DNA from: Eubacteriales bacterium
Lineage (GTDB): Bacteria; Bacillota; Clostridia; Oscillospirales; CAG-382
Assembly (NCBI GenBank): GCA_045577475.1
Contig: JAZNIM010000045.1
Location: forward strand, 1-47,837
DNA length: 47,837 nucleotides
Reading direction: 5' to 3'
Shown here: positions 47,666 through 47,837 of the stretch, piece after piece
How positions within the stretch are numbered: position 1 is the first letter of the stretch
Layout: the number at the start of each line of letters is the position of its first letter
Program-made: the position numbers and the translations under genes
Notes under the pieces: model-generated
Databases searched by the model: none
Seen by the model: only the letters and a program-made list of their open reading frames with translations
Told to the model about the DNA's origin: nothing

Positions 47666-47699
47666 AAAAACAGCCGCATTCACCTACGGCTGTAAAAAA
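47666..47699. terminator. Terminator downstream of the DtxR-like gene
   Basis: ACAGCCG...CGGCTGT stem with a minus-strand T tract. Confidence 0.6.
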
Positions 47700-47705
47700 T
47701 CAATT

Positions 47706-47837
47706 TTAAAACTGCTTTTTATCAAAGTATTCTTTTATTTTCCTAACGCTTGTGTCGCTGATGTGATGCTCAATCTTGCAGCTGTCGCTGTAAGCGGTTT
47801 CCTCGTCAACACCGAGAGCCATAAGTGCCTTTGCAAT
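47706..47837 (-). CDS. DtxR/MntR metal-dependent regulator, C-terminal fragment (5' truncated by window)
   Basis: Minus frame reads IAKALMALGVDEETAYSDSCKIEHHISD...KKQF-stop; the CxIEH motif is typical of the DtxR family. Confidence 0.8.
   Translation of the reverse strand: MAKALMALGVDEETAYSDSCKIEHHISDTSVRKIKEYFDKKQF

Overview
This is a chromosomal segment of a Clostridia-type (Bacillota) bacterium, probably a spore-former (tepA, spoVG and a sigH-like gene are present). It is mostly housekeeping: the rpoC 3' end, a cyclophilin, gltX-glnS, secA, prfA, sua5, coaE, galK, murC, tRNA-Leu(TAG), a TPP riboswitch with thiT, and the large SRP RNA. It also has several sugar-catabolic clusters: nagAB with Gfo/Idh/MocA oxidoreductases, a GH36 operon and SGNH esterases. 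Three things stand out. (1) A nested insertion can be reconstructed base by base at the araC terminator. A hairpin-rich MITE-like repeat duplicated an 18-bp palindrome, and the second copy was split at its central TA by a 4,968-bp AT-rich cassette (LacI, EamA, B3-like metallo-hydrolase, GH36). The cassette has symmetric 21-bp TG...CA ends and no recombinase or transposase. (2) An Abi_2 (AbiD/F) HEPN gene sits behind a promoter-driven leader RNA of about 80 nt with mutually exclusive terminator and antiterminator folds, resembling an RNA-antitoxin system. (3) Several families of dispersed intergenic palindromic repeats occur, some with compensatory base changes and some with triplex-type mirror symmetry. 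All calls come from reading motifs by eye; no database searches were run.
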